From positions 990,001-1,022,000 of the forward strand of contig NC_005070.1 in assembly GCF_000195975.1 (NCBI RefSeq): a stretch of 32,000 nt of DNA, written 5' to 3'. The notes below the pieces were generated by a model. That model saw only the letters and a program-made list of their open reading frames with translations, searched no databases and had not been told where the DNA came from. The first letter of the stretch is position 1; every line of letters begins with the position of its first letter. Of this stretch, positions 1 through 8,869 are shown in pieces. The DNA comes from Parasynechococcus marenigrum WH 8102. Its GTDB lineage: Bacteria > Cyanobacteriota > Cyanobacteriia > PCC-6307 > Cyanobiaceae. The translations under genes and the position numbers were made by a program.

Positions 1-651
1 CATGCGGCCAGCTCGAGGAGCACCCCGGAATCGAGGCTTGGGGCAGGCTGCCTCATCAATGATGACGACAGCTCCTACGAGTCAGGGGCGATTCATATGG
101 CCATTGGCCAGCGTGGCTACGTCGGCTTGGTTCGACGTGAGGACGGTGCTCTCAACCTGGCGGCCGCTTTCGACCGCGCTGTGGTCAAGTCGTCTGGCGG
201 TGTGGCGCGTGCGGCACAACTTGTTCTGACTCAAGCCGGCTTCACTTTGCCTCGAAGATTGGAGTCGTCTCGTTGGCAATTAACTCCTGCGCTCACCCGT
301 CGTGCTGGTTTGTTCGCAGGGGATCGCTTTTTGTTGCTTGGCGACGCGACCGGTTATGTGGAACCGTTTACCGGTGAGGGTATGGCGTGGGCTCTCGCCG
401 CTGGGGCGGCGGTTGCTCCATTTGTGGAGGAGGCTCAGGGTGAATGGTCAGCGGATCTCGAGCGACGCTGGCAAAGGAGGTTGGTGGATCTGACGATCAG
501 CCGTCAACGGGTTTGCAGTGTGTTGTCGACGTTGTTACGACAACCGCTCACCACAAATGCGTTGTTCAACCTTGGGTGCCAATGGCCTGCGATCCCGCAG
601 CGCATTATTCGCAGCCTCAATCGGGTGTCTCCTCTGATGGCGAGTTCCTAA
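1..651 (+). CDS. FAD-dependent oxidoreductase (geranylgeranyl-reductase/UbiH-like superfamily), C-terminal part; the 5' end lies outside the window
   Basis: Frame 1 has no stop from nt 1 to the listed ATG at 97, so the gene enters from the left edge. It carries the C-terminal FAD-contact motif of this superfamily, DRFLLLGDATGYVEPFTGEGMAWAL. The stop TAA at 649-651 is 3 nt before the ATG of the next gene. Confidence 0.75.
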   Translation, partial: HAASSRSTPESRLGAGCLINDDDSSYESGAIHMAIGQRGYVGLVRREDGALNLAAAFDRAVVKSSGGVARAAQLVLTQAGFTLPRRLESSRWQLTPALTRRAGLFAGDRFLLLGDATGYVEPFTGEGMAWALAAGAAVAPFVEEAQGEWSADLERRWQRRLVDLTISRQRVCSVLSTLLRQPLTTNALFNLGCQWPAIPQRIIRSLNRVSPLMASS

Positions 652-654
652 ACC

Positions 655-1743
655 ATGCCTCTCATCCTTCATGGCATTGGTACTGCGGTGCCATCTCGGC
701 GACTGAGCCAGGCAGATGCCGTGCAGGTGGCACATCGCATCAATGCCGAAACCCCTGAGCAGGTAAGGCTGATGACACGCATCTATCAGAAAACCAAGGT
801 GCTCAGCCGTGGAAGTGTGCTGCTGGAGAAGGATGGAGACGATGGCACGATCCAGGAGCGTCTCAGTTTCTACGGCGAAGAAAGCCCTGGTACCGCCGAA
901 CGGATGCAGGCGTTTGAGGATCATGCCGGTGAGCTGGCTCTTGAGGCCGCTGCAAAGGCGCTAAGCGATAGCGATATCTCAGCCACGGCGATCACGCATC
1001 TCGTCACTGTCAGTTGCACCGGTTTTCAGTCACCAGGTGTTGACCTTTTCTTGATTGAAAAGCTTGATCTATCGCCGAGTGTTCAGCGAACCCATATCGG
1101 ATTCATGGGATGCCACGCTGCGCTGAATGGCTTGCGTGTTGCCCACGCCTTTGCGGAGATGGATCCCAAGGCTGTTGTTCTGCTGTGCGCTGTAGAGCTT
1201 TGCAGCCTCCATATGGCTTATGGCTGGCACCCAGAGCAGGTTGTTGCCAACGCTTTGTTTGCCGATGGGGCGGCTGCCGTTGTCGCCTCCGTCAATCCTT
1301 CCCCTACACATCAGACCTTGGCGTTGCGACGCAGTGGCTCGATGGTGATTCCAAACAGCTCAGATCTGATGCACTGGGAGATTGGCGACCATGGTTTTGC
1401 GATGGGCTTGTCGCCCCTTGTTCCGGAAACGGTTGGCGCTGCCTTGTTGCCCTGGTTGCGAGATTGGCTCAAAGAGCAGGCCATTGATCTTGAGGCGGTG
1501 ACGAGCTGGGCTGTTCATCCAGGGGGCCCCAAGATTCTCTCGACCTGTGCCGAGGTTTTGTCGCTGGACCCAGGCCTACTGCACGAGTCCAGAGGAATAC
1601 TTCAGGATCACGGCAACATGTCATCCGCAACGATCCTGTTCATCCTTGAAAGGTTGAGGCGGCGGGAATGTTCCGGTCCTTGTCTTGCACTGGCCTTTGG
1701 CCCTGGGCTGAGTGCTGAGGTAGCACTTTTTGATTTTCAATAA
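655..1743 (+). CDS. Type III polyketide synthase (chalcone/stilbene synthase family)
   Basis: 362 aa. The catalytic triad contexts are recognisable: Cys in LVTVSCTGFQSPG, His in WAVHPGGPKIL, and Asn in QDHGNMSSATILF. The start is 3 nt after the upstream stop, suggesting translational coupling. Confidence 0.9.
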   Translation: MPLILHGIGTAVPSRRLSQADAVQVAHRINAETPEQVRLMTRIYQKTKVLSRGSVLLEKDGDDGTIQERLSFYGEESPGTAERMQAFEDHAGELALEAAAKALSDSDISATAITHLVTVSCTGFQSPGVDLFLIEKLDLSPSVQRTHIGFMGCHAALNGLRVAHAFAEMDPKAVVLLCAVELCSLHMAYGWHPEQVVANALFADGAAAVVASVNPSPTHQTLALRRSGSMVIPNSSDLMHWEIGDHGFAMGLSPLVPETVGAALLPWLRDWLKEQAIDLEAVTSWAVHPGGPKILSTCAEVLSLDPGLLHESRGILQDHGNMSSATILFILERLRRRECSGPCLALAFGPGLSAEVALFDFQ

Positions 1744-1929
1744 CAGTCAATCTTCGTTTTGCCTGTTTCACTGCCTGAGGAATTAATACCGCATCTGAAC
1801 ATCTCTGTCTGATCAGATGATGTTTCTCGGCGATGTCACGCCCGGGTAACCCTAAGGCTTCAGTGGCGTAAATCTTTTCAATGATTTTGTGCTGCCTTGC
1901 CCCTTTCCTTCAGCAGAATCACTGCATTG

Positions 1930-3123
1930 ATGGGGAGCATGGTGGCCGGAGCTGGGGTGAATCCTGCAGATCAGCGCTGGGGTTTCTGGCCGCTGCTGCC
2001 GCTCTATCCCTATGGCCGCCGCCGCACGCTGTTCAGTGAGCTGATCCCTGGTCAGCTTTGGAGCCTGGAGCAGCTGCAGGGGGTGTACTACGTGGCCGTG
2101 CCGGTGCGGCTCACCGTGGCCAAGGTGCCCGGTGGCCTGATGTTGGTGAACCCTGTGCCGCCCACCGGTGAGGTTCGCCAAGCCATTGCCGGGCTGGAGC
2201 AGCAGCACGGCCCCGTGCGCACGATCGTGCTGCCCACCGCCTCGGGGCTGGAGCACAAGCTGCCCCTTGGCCCCCTGGCTCGCGCCTTCCCGGATGCAGA
2301 AATTTGGGTGTGCCCGGGCCAGTGGAGCTTCCCGGTGCAGTTGCCCCTGGCCTGGCTGGGCGTTCCGGAACACCGCACCAAGGTGTTGTTCGACGATGGC
2401 GTCCCCCATGGCGACGTGTGTGAGTGGATTTCACTTGGACCCCTCGACCTTGGTGTCGGTCGCTTCCAGGAGATCTCCTGTTTTCATCGTCCGTCAGGCG
2501 CTCTGCTGGTGACCGATGCCCTGGTGGGCATCAGTGCTGAGCCGCCTTCGCTGTTTGATCTGGACCCCACGCCGTTGTTGTTCCACGCCCGTGAGCGGGG
2601 TGATCAGCCTTTGAACGACACGCCCGACGCGCGTCGTCGCGGTTGGGCGCGGCTGGTGCTGTTTGCCTCCTATCTGCGGCCGGAACCGTTGGAGGTGCCA
2701 ACCCTCAAGCAGGTGTTTCGCCATGCCTTTCGACCAGGTCTGCGATCGGCCAAAGCCCACTTCGGGCTCTATCCCTTCCAGTGGACGTCAGGTTGGGAGG
2801 CCGCCGCTGCTGCGTTGATGGGGGAAGCGGAGCCCAAAATTCAGGTGGCGCCGGTGTTGGAGCGGTTGGTGTTACCCCGGGCCAAGGAATCTCTGCTCGA
2901 TTGGTTGGAGCAGCTGGGGCAATGGAGCGATCTGCGCTGGCTGGTGTCAGCCCACTACAGCGCTCCCATCGGTTTTACGGCAAACACGTTGCGTTCACTT
3001 GTTCAGGACCTAACCGAACGCCCATGGGCACCCAGCACCAGCAACTGGGAATTTCTGGGATCGATTGATCAACGCTTGCTGAATCTCGGCGTGGTGCCTG
3101 AGCAACCCCGTCTCAGAGGTTGA
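1930..3123 (+). CDS. Conserved cyanobacteria/plant protein, DUF4336-like (family name recalled from memory)
   Basis: Long GC3-biased ORF. The YPYGRRRTLFSELIPGQLW ... VLPTASGLEHK ... CPGQWSFP pattern matches my memory of DUF4336 proteins. The track ORF opens at TTG 1897; the first ATGs are at 1930 and 1939, so the start is uncertain. Confidence 0.7.
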   Translation: MGSMVAGAGVNPADQRWGFWPLLPLYPYGRRRTLFSELIPGQLWSLEQLQGVYYVAVPVRLTVAKVPGGLMLVNPVPPTGEVRQAIAGLEQQHGPVRTIVLPTASGLEHKLPLGPLARAFPDAEIWVCPGQWSFPVQLPLAWLGVPEHRTKVLFDDGVPHGDVCEWISLGPLDLGVGRFQEISCFHRPSGALLVTDALVGISAEPPSLFDLDPTPLLFHARERGDQPLNDTPDARRRGWARLVLFASYLRPEPLEVPTLKQVFRHAFRPGLRSAKAHFGLYPFQWTSGWEAAAAALMGEAEPKIQVAPVLERLVLPRAKESLLDWLEQLGQWSDLRWLVSAHYSAPIGFTANTLRSLVQDLTERPWAPSTSNWEFLGSIDQRLLNLGVVPEQPRLRG

Positions 3124-3466
3124 GTTCGTCGTCCGGCTCGATGGCCATCTGTTCATCAGCGAACAAGGTCTCTTCCAACTCCTTGCGCTGCTCCATCTGA
3201 CGCAGGAAGTAGCCCGTCATCATGGCTGAGGCCAGCATGTTGGCCAGGTTGTCGCGGTTGGCGGTGACCTTCACTTCGAAGTGCTCACCTGGGAGCATGC
3301 CCAGCAAGCCTTGAACGTTATGGCGAATGATGTCCTGGATGTCGTTGCTGGCGGACTTCGCGACACGCTGCAAGGTGTCCGGAGTCTGCTCCTGCAGATA
3401 CTGGATCAGGCTGTTCCCCGCTTGACCGTCGTTGCTGTCAGTGGTCAAGAACTCGGGGTTGAACAT
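3113..3466 (-). CDS. DUF760-like conserved cyanobacteria/plastid-lineage protein
   Basis: 117 aa. It contains LLGMLPGEHFEVKVTANRDNLANMLASAMMTGYFLRQMEQR, typical of the family as I recall it. The 3' end overlaps the convergent upstream gene by 11 nt. Confidence 0.7.
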   Translation of the reverse strand: MFNPEFLTTDSNDGQAGNSLIQYLQEQTPDTLQRVAKSASNDIQDIIRHNVQGLLGMLPGEHFEVKVTANRDNLANMLASAMMTGYFLRQMEQRKELEETLFADEQMAIEPDDELNL

Positions 3467-3514
3467 CCGTTGTGATCTACATCACGCACCTGAACATAAC
3501 GCAAGCACCCGTGA

Positions 3515-4108
3515 TTAACTGCCATCAGCAGGGGCGGGGATCCGTAAGGGACCGAACTGCTGCAACGGCCAATAGCGCCAGATCGCTGTTCCGATCACGT
3601 TGCGCTCAGGCAACGGTCCCCACAGATGGGAATCCAGGCTGGCGTTGCGGTTGTCACCCATCACCCACAGCTGATCCTCGGGTACCTGAATTGGTGCCAT
3701 GGCGTAGTCCATGGCTTCGCTGATCCAGGGCTCTTTGATCTGCTCACCATTGCGGCGCAGAACGCCGTTCTCCACCATCAACTGATCACCGGGCAAGCCC
3801 ACCACCCGTTTGATCAAGGCTGCGTTGGGGTCGTATCCAGCGGCCACCAGCTGCTGAGGCGGTGCAAACACCACCACATCCCCGCGCTGCAGGTGCCTGT
3901 GCAGGCGTCGGGTCAGCCGAGGTCGGATCTTCTCCACCAGGATCCGGTCCTGCAGCTGCAGGGTGGGCAGCATCGACCCTGATGGGATCCAGCGCGGTTC
4001 CACCACCACCCAGCGCAGTAACAGCGCCAGCAGTGCCCAAATGATCAGGTTCCGCCAGAACCCTTTGGAGCTCTCCTGGGCGGGGGGTGTGGTGGATGGG
4101 GGCGTCAT
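3515..4108 (-). CDS. lepB: Signal peptidase I
   Basis: N-terminal TM helix (NLIIWALLALLLRWVVV). Catalytic Ser box IPSGSMLPTL, Lys box LIKRVVGLPGD, and the VMGDNRNASLDSHLWG box are all present. Confidence 0.92.
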   Translation of the reverse strand: MTPPSTTPPAQESSKGFWRNLIIWALLALLLRWVVVEPRWIPSGSMLPTLQLQDRILVEKIRPRLTRRLHRHLQRGDVVVFAPPQQLVAAGYDPNAALIKRVVGLPGDQLMVENGVLRRNGEQIKEPWISEAMDYAMAPIQVPEDQLWVMGDNRNASLDSHLWGPLPERNVIGTAIWRYWPLQQFGPLRIPAPADGS

Positions 4109-4141
4109 TGACCCAAGATCGCACCAGCCAGAACCCCTGCA

Positions 4142-5845
4142 CTGACCACTGCCCGCGCCAATCTGCAGGCGGCCCTGACGCTGCTGGACGGTCTATGTCA
4201 GCAGGGCATGACGCGGCTGGTGCTGTGTCCTGGCAGCCGCTCCGGTCCATTGGCTGCTGCTGCCGGGCTGTTGGCAGCCCGAGGTGATCTGGCGTTGACC
4301 ACGGCCATCGATGAACGGTCGGCGGCCTTTCTCGCCCTGGGCATGGCCACCGCCGGTGGTCGTGCTGTGGCAGTAGTCACGACGTCTGGCACCGCTGTCG
4401 CCAACCTGCTGCCGGCAGCCGTAGAAGCCGACCGTTCCACCCAGCCGCTGCTGCTGCTCACCGCTGATCGCCCCGCCCGGTTGAAAAATTGTGGTGCCAA
4501 TCAGACCGTGAATCAGGAGCAGTTTCTGCAGCCGGTCTGCCGTTGGCTGGGCCATGGCGCCCCGGAGGGACTGGCCAGCCAGCCGCCTCAAGCGCTTTTC
4601 GATCTTGCCCATGAGGCCTGGCGGCACTGCCACGGCCGCCCCCCTGGACCGGTGCAGCTCAACCTCCCGTTTGAGGAACCGTTGCATGGGGCCCCGGAGG
4701 ATCAGCTGTCGCTGCAGGTGTCCGGTCTGCAGCGGTCGGCGCCAGCACCATCAAGTGATTCACCGCTGGGGGCAGCCCCTCAGCTCGATCCCAACCAGGC
4801 GGGCGTCGTGGTGGCCGGCCCTTGGCGTGGATTGGCTCCAGCCTTGCCGGCGTATCAGCAGGCACTGCTGCAGTGGTTGGCCCGTAGCGGTTGGCCTTTG
4901 TTAGCGGATCCACTGGCCGCCATCCCCGCCGACTGTCCTGGGCAGCTGGATGGCTGGGAGCTTCAGCTTGATCGCCTGCAGCTGGCGCCAGGAAGCCCCG
5001 TGCTGCGGCTCGGGCCACTGCCCGCCAGTCGGCGGCTGGAGGCATGGCTGCAGCGGCAGACGGGGCCGCAACTGCTGATCAGTGAGGGGGAACCCCGTGG
5101 TCTCGACCCGCTGGGGCTGGCTGATCAATGGAGTGGCGGGCTGGCGGCCTGGTGGGCGGAGCAGAACCAGGACTTCCCAGGGGCATCGACGCCGGAGCAG
5201 CTGATGCCTCAGTCCGGGATCGCATCGCTGCTGCGTCAGCGGCTGCCACTGCAGGGGGCCGTGAACGAACCGGCCCTGGCCCATTGGTTGCCGTTGCTGC
5301 TGCCGCCGCAGTTGCCGGTGATGCTGGCGGCCAGTTCCCCCGTCAGGGATTGGTTGATCTGGGGCGGACTCCAGGCCCAAAATCGCCGCTGCTTCAGCTT
5401 TCGCGGCGCATCCGGCATCGACGGAACGCTCTCGTTGGCCATGGGACTGGCCATGGAGCAGGGCCCAATGGTGCTGGTGACGGGCGATCTGGCCCTGCTG
5501 CACGACAGCAATGGCTGGCTGCACGGCGCCCAAGGCAATCCGCCGCTGCTGGTGCTGCTGATCGACAACCAGGGCGGCGGCATCTTCCAGCAGCTGCCGA
5601 TTCAGTCGAAGCAGTTCGATCGCCTCTTCGCCATGCCCCAGCGGGTCAACCCACTGGCCCTGGCGGCAGCCCACGGCATCGACGGGCGCCAGGTGGCCTG
5701 CCTGGAGGATCTGCCCGAGGCCCTCGAGTGGGGGCTGGCTCAGGGACGGCCTGCTCTGCTGCGGCTGGCGACGGACCGTGAGGCCGATGCCCGCTTGCGA
5801 ACCCAGCTGCGCTCCGCTGCGCAGAATGCAGAACCTCTGCTCTGA
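4142..5845 (+). CDS. menD: 2-succinyl-5-enolpyruvyl-6-hydroxy-3-cyclohexene-1-carboxylate synthase (phylloquinone pathway)
   Basis: ThDP-enzyme motifs [30 protein letters not shown] and [11 protein letters not shown] are present. The longest ATG ORF starts at 4208, but that removes the conserved N-terminal helix. The in-frame upstream sequence, open from 4112, reads [19 protein letters not shown] and aligns with E. coli MenD [17 protein letters not shown]. I therefore place the start at CTG 4142 (ATC 4118 is an alternative). The start is uncertain; the stop is firm. Confidence 0.85.
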   Translation: MTTARANLQAALTLLDGLCQQGMTRLVLCPGSRSGPLAAAAGLLAARGDLALTTAIDERSAAFLALGMATAGGRAVAVVTTSGTAVANLLPAAVEADRSTQPLLLLTADRPARLKNCGANQTVNQEQFLQPVCRWLGHGAPEGLASQPPQALFDLAHEAWRHCHGRPPGPVQLNLPFEEPLHGAPEDQLSLQVSGLQRSAPAPSSDSPLGAAPQLDPNQAGVVVAGPWRGLAPALPAYQQALLQWLARSGWPLLADPLAAIPADCPGQLDGWELQLDRLQLAPGSPVLRLGPLPASRRLEAWLQRQTGPQLLISEGEPRGLDPLGLADQWSGGLAAWWAEQNQDFPGASTPEQLMPQSGIASLLRQRLPLQGAVNEPALAHWLPLLLPPQLPVMLAASSPVRDWLIWGGLQAQNRRCFSFRGASGIDGTLSLAMGLAMEQGPMVLVTGDLALLHDSNGWLHGAQGNPPLLVLLIDNQGGGIFQQLPIQSKQFDRLFAMPQRVNPLALAAAHGIDGRQVACLEDLPEALEWGLAQGRPALLRLATDREADARLRTQLRSAAQNAEPLL

Positions 5846-5850
5846 AGCTG

Positions 5851-6720
5851 ATGGCCGAGTTGCGGCAGGTGCTCCCCGGTGACCCCGCAGCGGCGTGGAC
5901 AGCCTGGGGGACTTACACCGACATCCTCGTGGACCGCTGCAGCGAGGGCATCGCCCGGGTGGCGATCAACCGCCCCGCCAAGCGCAATGCCTTCCGGCCT
6001 CAGACCGTGGTGGAGCTCTGTGATGCCTTCAGCCGCATCCGGGACGACCGCTCGATCGGTGTGGTGCTGTTCACCGGGGTGGGCCCTGCCGCCGATGGTG
6101 GCTTCGCCTTCTGTTCAGGCGGTGATCAGAGCGTGCGCGGTGACGGCGGATACGTGGGCGATGACGGCCTGCCGCGGCTCAATGTGCTCGATCTGCAACG
6201 GATCATCCGCAGTCTGCCCAAGGTGGTGATCGCCCTGGTGGCGGGCTACGCCATGGGCGGCGGCCAGGTGTTGCATCTGCTCTGCGACCTCAGCCTGGCG
6301 GCGGACAACGCTGTCTTCGGGCAGACCGGCCCGAAGGTGGGCAGCTTCGATGGTGGTTTCGGAGCCGGCTACCTGGCCCGGGTGGTGGGGCAGCGCAAGG
6401 CGCGCGAGATCTGGTTCCTCTGCCGCCGATACGGCGCCGACGAGGCCTTGCGGATGGGGTTGGTCAATGCTGTGGTTCCACTCGATCAACTGGAGGCGGA
6501 AGGGGTGCGCTGGGCCCGGGAGGTGTTGCAGCACAGCCCCACCGCGATCCGTTGCCTGAAGGCGGCGTTCAATGCGGAAACCGATGGCTTGGCCGGCATC
6601 CAGGAGCTGGCCGGCAATGCCACCCATCTCTTTTACCGAACCGACGAAGCGCTGGAGGGCCGCAATGCCTTCCTGGAGAAACGGCCCCCTGACTTCTCTG
6701 AAACCGGCTGGTTACCTTGA
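5851..6720 (+). CDS. menB: 1,4-dihydroxy-2-naphthoyl-CoA synthase
   Basis: Crotonase fold with [31 protein letters not shown] and the C-terminal [14 protein letters not shown]. It starts 5 nt after the menD stop. Confidence 0.93.
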   Translation: MAELRQVLPGDPAAAWTAWGTYTDILVDRCSEGIARVAINRPAKRNAFRPQTVVELCDAFSRIRDDRSIGVVLFTGVGPAADGGFAFCSGGDQSVRGDGGYVGDDGLPRLNVLDLQRIIRSLPKVVIALVAGYAMGGGQVLHLLCDLSLAADNAVFGQTGPKVGSFDGGFGAGYLARVVGQRKAREIWFLCRRYGADEALRMGLVNAVVPLDQLEAEGVRWAREVLQHSPTAIRCLKAAFNAETDGLAGIQELAGNATHLFYRTDEALEGRNAFLEKRPPDFSETGWLP

Positions 6721-6724
6721 GCCC

Positions 6725-7270
6725 ATGCTTCCGGTCACCCTTCCAGAATCACTGCCCCTGCTGCAGGCGGCCTCGATGGATTCGGTGATGGAAGCCCTGG
6801 CGTCGCTGCCGGAAGAACTGCGTGAGCAGAAGGATCGGCAAATCGTTCTCTTGCGGGGTCGCCGGCGTCTGCTGCTGCTCGAGAACGGCAACCTGCGCCT
6901 CGCCTTCCCCGTAGCCACTGGTATGCCCGGTTGGGAGACTCCCACCGGCAGCTTCGCGGTGTTTCAGAAGATCGATCAACCCGTCTGGGTGCACCCCGTC
7001 ACCGGTGAGCGGGTGGAGGAGCAGGGACCAGACAACCCCCTGGGCAGCCATTGGATCGCCTTCCAACGCGATTGCCTCGGCCGCGATGCCCATGACGGCG
7101 ATCGCTGGATCACGATCAAGGGCTGCACCACCACTGGCTTTCACGGCACCCCCCATCGCTGGACCGTGGGCCGGGCCATCTCCCATGGCTGTGTGCGCCT
7201 CTACAACGAGGATGTGCGCAGGCTTTACGGGCAGGTGATGCTCGGTACTCAGGTGACCGTGCTGCCTTGA
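6725..7270 (+). CDS. L,D-transpeptidase (YkuD domain)
   Basis: Active-site motif [26 protein letters not shown]. The track ORF begins at 6572 inside menB in another frame. The ATG at 6725, 4 nt after the menB stop, is the plausible start. Confidence 0.8.
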   Translation: MLPVTLPESLPLLQAASMDSVMEALASLPEELREQKDRQIVLLRGRRRLLLLENGNLRLAFPVATGMPGWETPTGSFAVFQKIDQPVWVHPVTGERVEEQGPDNPLGSHWIAFQRDCLGRDAHDGDRWITIKGCTTTGFHGTPHRWTVGRAISHGCVRLYNEDVRRLYGQVMLGTQVTVLP

Positions 7271-7325
7271 GCCGGCAGATCGACGAATTCCCCTTAAAGT
7301 CGCCGCGCCAACGCCGATTTCATCC

Positions 7326-8867
7326 ATGCGCATCCTCTTCGCTGCCGCGGAATGCGCCCCGATGATCAAGGTCGGTGGCATGGGGGATGTGGTGGGATCG
7401 CTGCCTCCGGCTCTGGCCAAGCTTGGCCACGACGTGCGGCTGATCATGCCGGGCTACTCCAAGCTCTGGACCAAGCTGACGATCTCGGACGAACCCATCT
7501 GGCGCGCCCAGACGATGGGTACGGAATTCGCGGTTTACGAGACGAAGCATCCAGGCAATGGGATGACCATCTACCTGGTGGGACATCCGGTGTTCGATCC
7601 CGAGCGGATCTATGGCGGTGAAGATGAGGACTGGCGCTTCACCTTCTTTGCCAGTGCCGCCGCTGAATTCGCCTGGAATGTCTGGAAGCCGAATGTTCTT
7701 CACTGCCACGACTGGCACACCGGCATGATTCCGGTCTGGATGCACCAGGACCCGGAGATCAGCACGGTCTTCACCATCCACAACCTCAAGTACCAGGGCC
7801 CCTGGCGTTGGAAGCTGGATCGCATCACCTGGTGCCCCTGGTACATGCAGGGAGATCACACCATGGCGGCGGCACTTCTGTACGCCGACCGGGTCAACGC
7901 CGTCTCCCCCACCTACGCCGAGGAAATCCGTACGGCGGAGTACGGCGAAAAGCTGGATGGTTTGCTCAATTTCGTCTCCGGCAAGCTGCGCGGCATCCTC
8001 AATGGCATTGACCTCGAGGCCTGGAACCCCCAGACCGATGGGGCTCTGCCGGCCACCTTCAGCGCCGACGACCTCTCCGGTAAAGCGGTCTGCAAGCGGG
8101 TGTTGCAGGAGCGCATGGGTCTTGAGGTGCGTGACGACGCCTTTGTCCTCGGCATGGTCAGCCGACTCGTCGATCAGAAGGGCGTCGATCTGCTTCTGCA
8201 GGTGGCGGACCGTTTGCTCGCCTACACCGACACGCAGATCGTGGTGCTCGGCACCGGTGACCGTGGCCTGGAATCCGGCCTGTGGCAGCTGGCCTCCCGC
8301 CATGCCGGCCGTTGCGCCGTCTTCCTCACCTACGACGACGACCTCTCCCGACTGATCTATGCCGGCAGTGACGCCTTCCTGATGCCCAGTCGCTTCGAGC
8401 CCTGCGGCATCAGCCAGCTGTACGCCATGCGTTACGGCTCCGTTCCTGTGGTGCGCAAGGTGGGCGGCCTGGTGGACACCGTTCCTCCCCACAGTCCAGC
8501 TGATGCCAGCGGGACCGGCTTCTGCTTCGATCGTTTTGAGCCGGTCGACTTCTACACCGCATTGGTGCGTGCCTGGGAGGCCTACCGCCATCGCGACAGC
8601 TGGCAGGAGTTGCAGAAGCGCGGCATGCAGCAGGACTACAGCTGGGACCGTTCGGCCATCGATTACGACGTCATGTACCGCGATGTCTGCGGTCTGAAGG
8701 AACCCACCCCTGATGCCGCGATGGTGGAACAGTTCTCCCAGGGACAGGCTGCGGATCCCTCCCGCCCAGAGGATGATGCGATCAATGCTGCTCCCGAGGC
8801 GGTCACCGCGCCGTCCGGCCCCAGCCGCAACCCCCTTAATCGTCTCTTCGGCCGCAGGGCCGACTGA
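7326..8867 (+). CDS. glgA: Glycogen synthase (ADP-glucose type), with a low-complexity C-terminal tail
   Basis: N-terminal [27 protein letters not shown] (KxGG motif). The [19 protein letters not shown] motif is also present. 513 aa. Confidence 0.93.
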   Translation: MRILFAAAECAPMIKVGGMGDVVGSLPPALAKLGHDVRLIMPGYSKLWTKLTISDEPIWRAQTMGTEFAVYETKHPGNGMTIYLVGHPVFDPERIYGGEDEDWRFTFFASAAAEFAWNVWKPNVLHCHDWHTGMIPVWMHQDPEISTVFTIHNLKYQGPWRWKLDRITWCPWYMQGDHTMAAALLYADRVNAVSPTYAEEIRTAEYGEKLDGLLNFVSGKLRGILNGIDLEAWNPQTDGALPATFSADDLSGKAVCKRVLQERMGLEVRDDAFVLGMVSRLVDQKGVDLLLQVADRLLAYTDTQIVVLGTGDRGLESGLWQLASRHAGRCAVFLTYDDDLSRLIYAGSDAFLMPSRFEPCGISQLYAMRYGSVPVVRKVGGLVDTVPPHSPADASGTGFCFDRFEPVDFYTALVRAWEAYRHRDSWQELQKRGMQQDYSWDRSAIDYDVMYRDVCGLKEPTPDAAMVEQFSQGQAADPSRPEDDAINAAPEAVTAPSGPSRNPLNRLFGRRAD

Positions 8868-8869
8868 TC

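Noticed and set aside
6572-6724. Upstream extensions of track ORFs into the preceding gene (ldt from 6572, murF from 9400, sds from 19388, comB-like from 16031, ubiD to 16125, acs from 21284, ptrA from 27002)
   Set aside because: The extensions overlap the neighbouring gene or add non-homologous leaders. Internal ATG/GTG codons give N-termini typical of each family and sensible gene spacing.
7320-8591. 423-aa ORF on the minus strand, opposite glgA
   Set aside because: It is antisense to a gene with unmistakable GlgA motifs. The translation is low-complexity (rich in G, A, V, H, D and R) with no recognisable domain. It is a typical shadow ORF created by strong GC3 bias.
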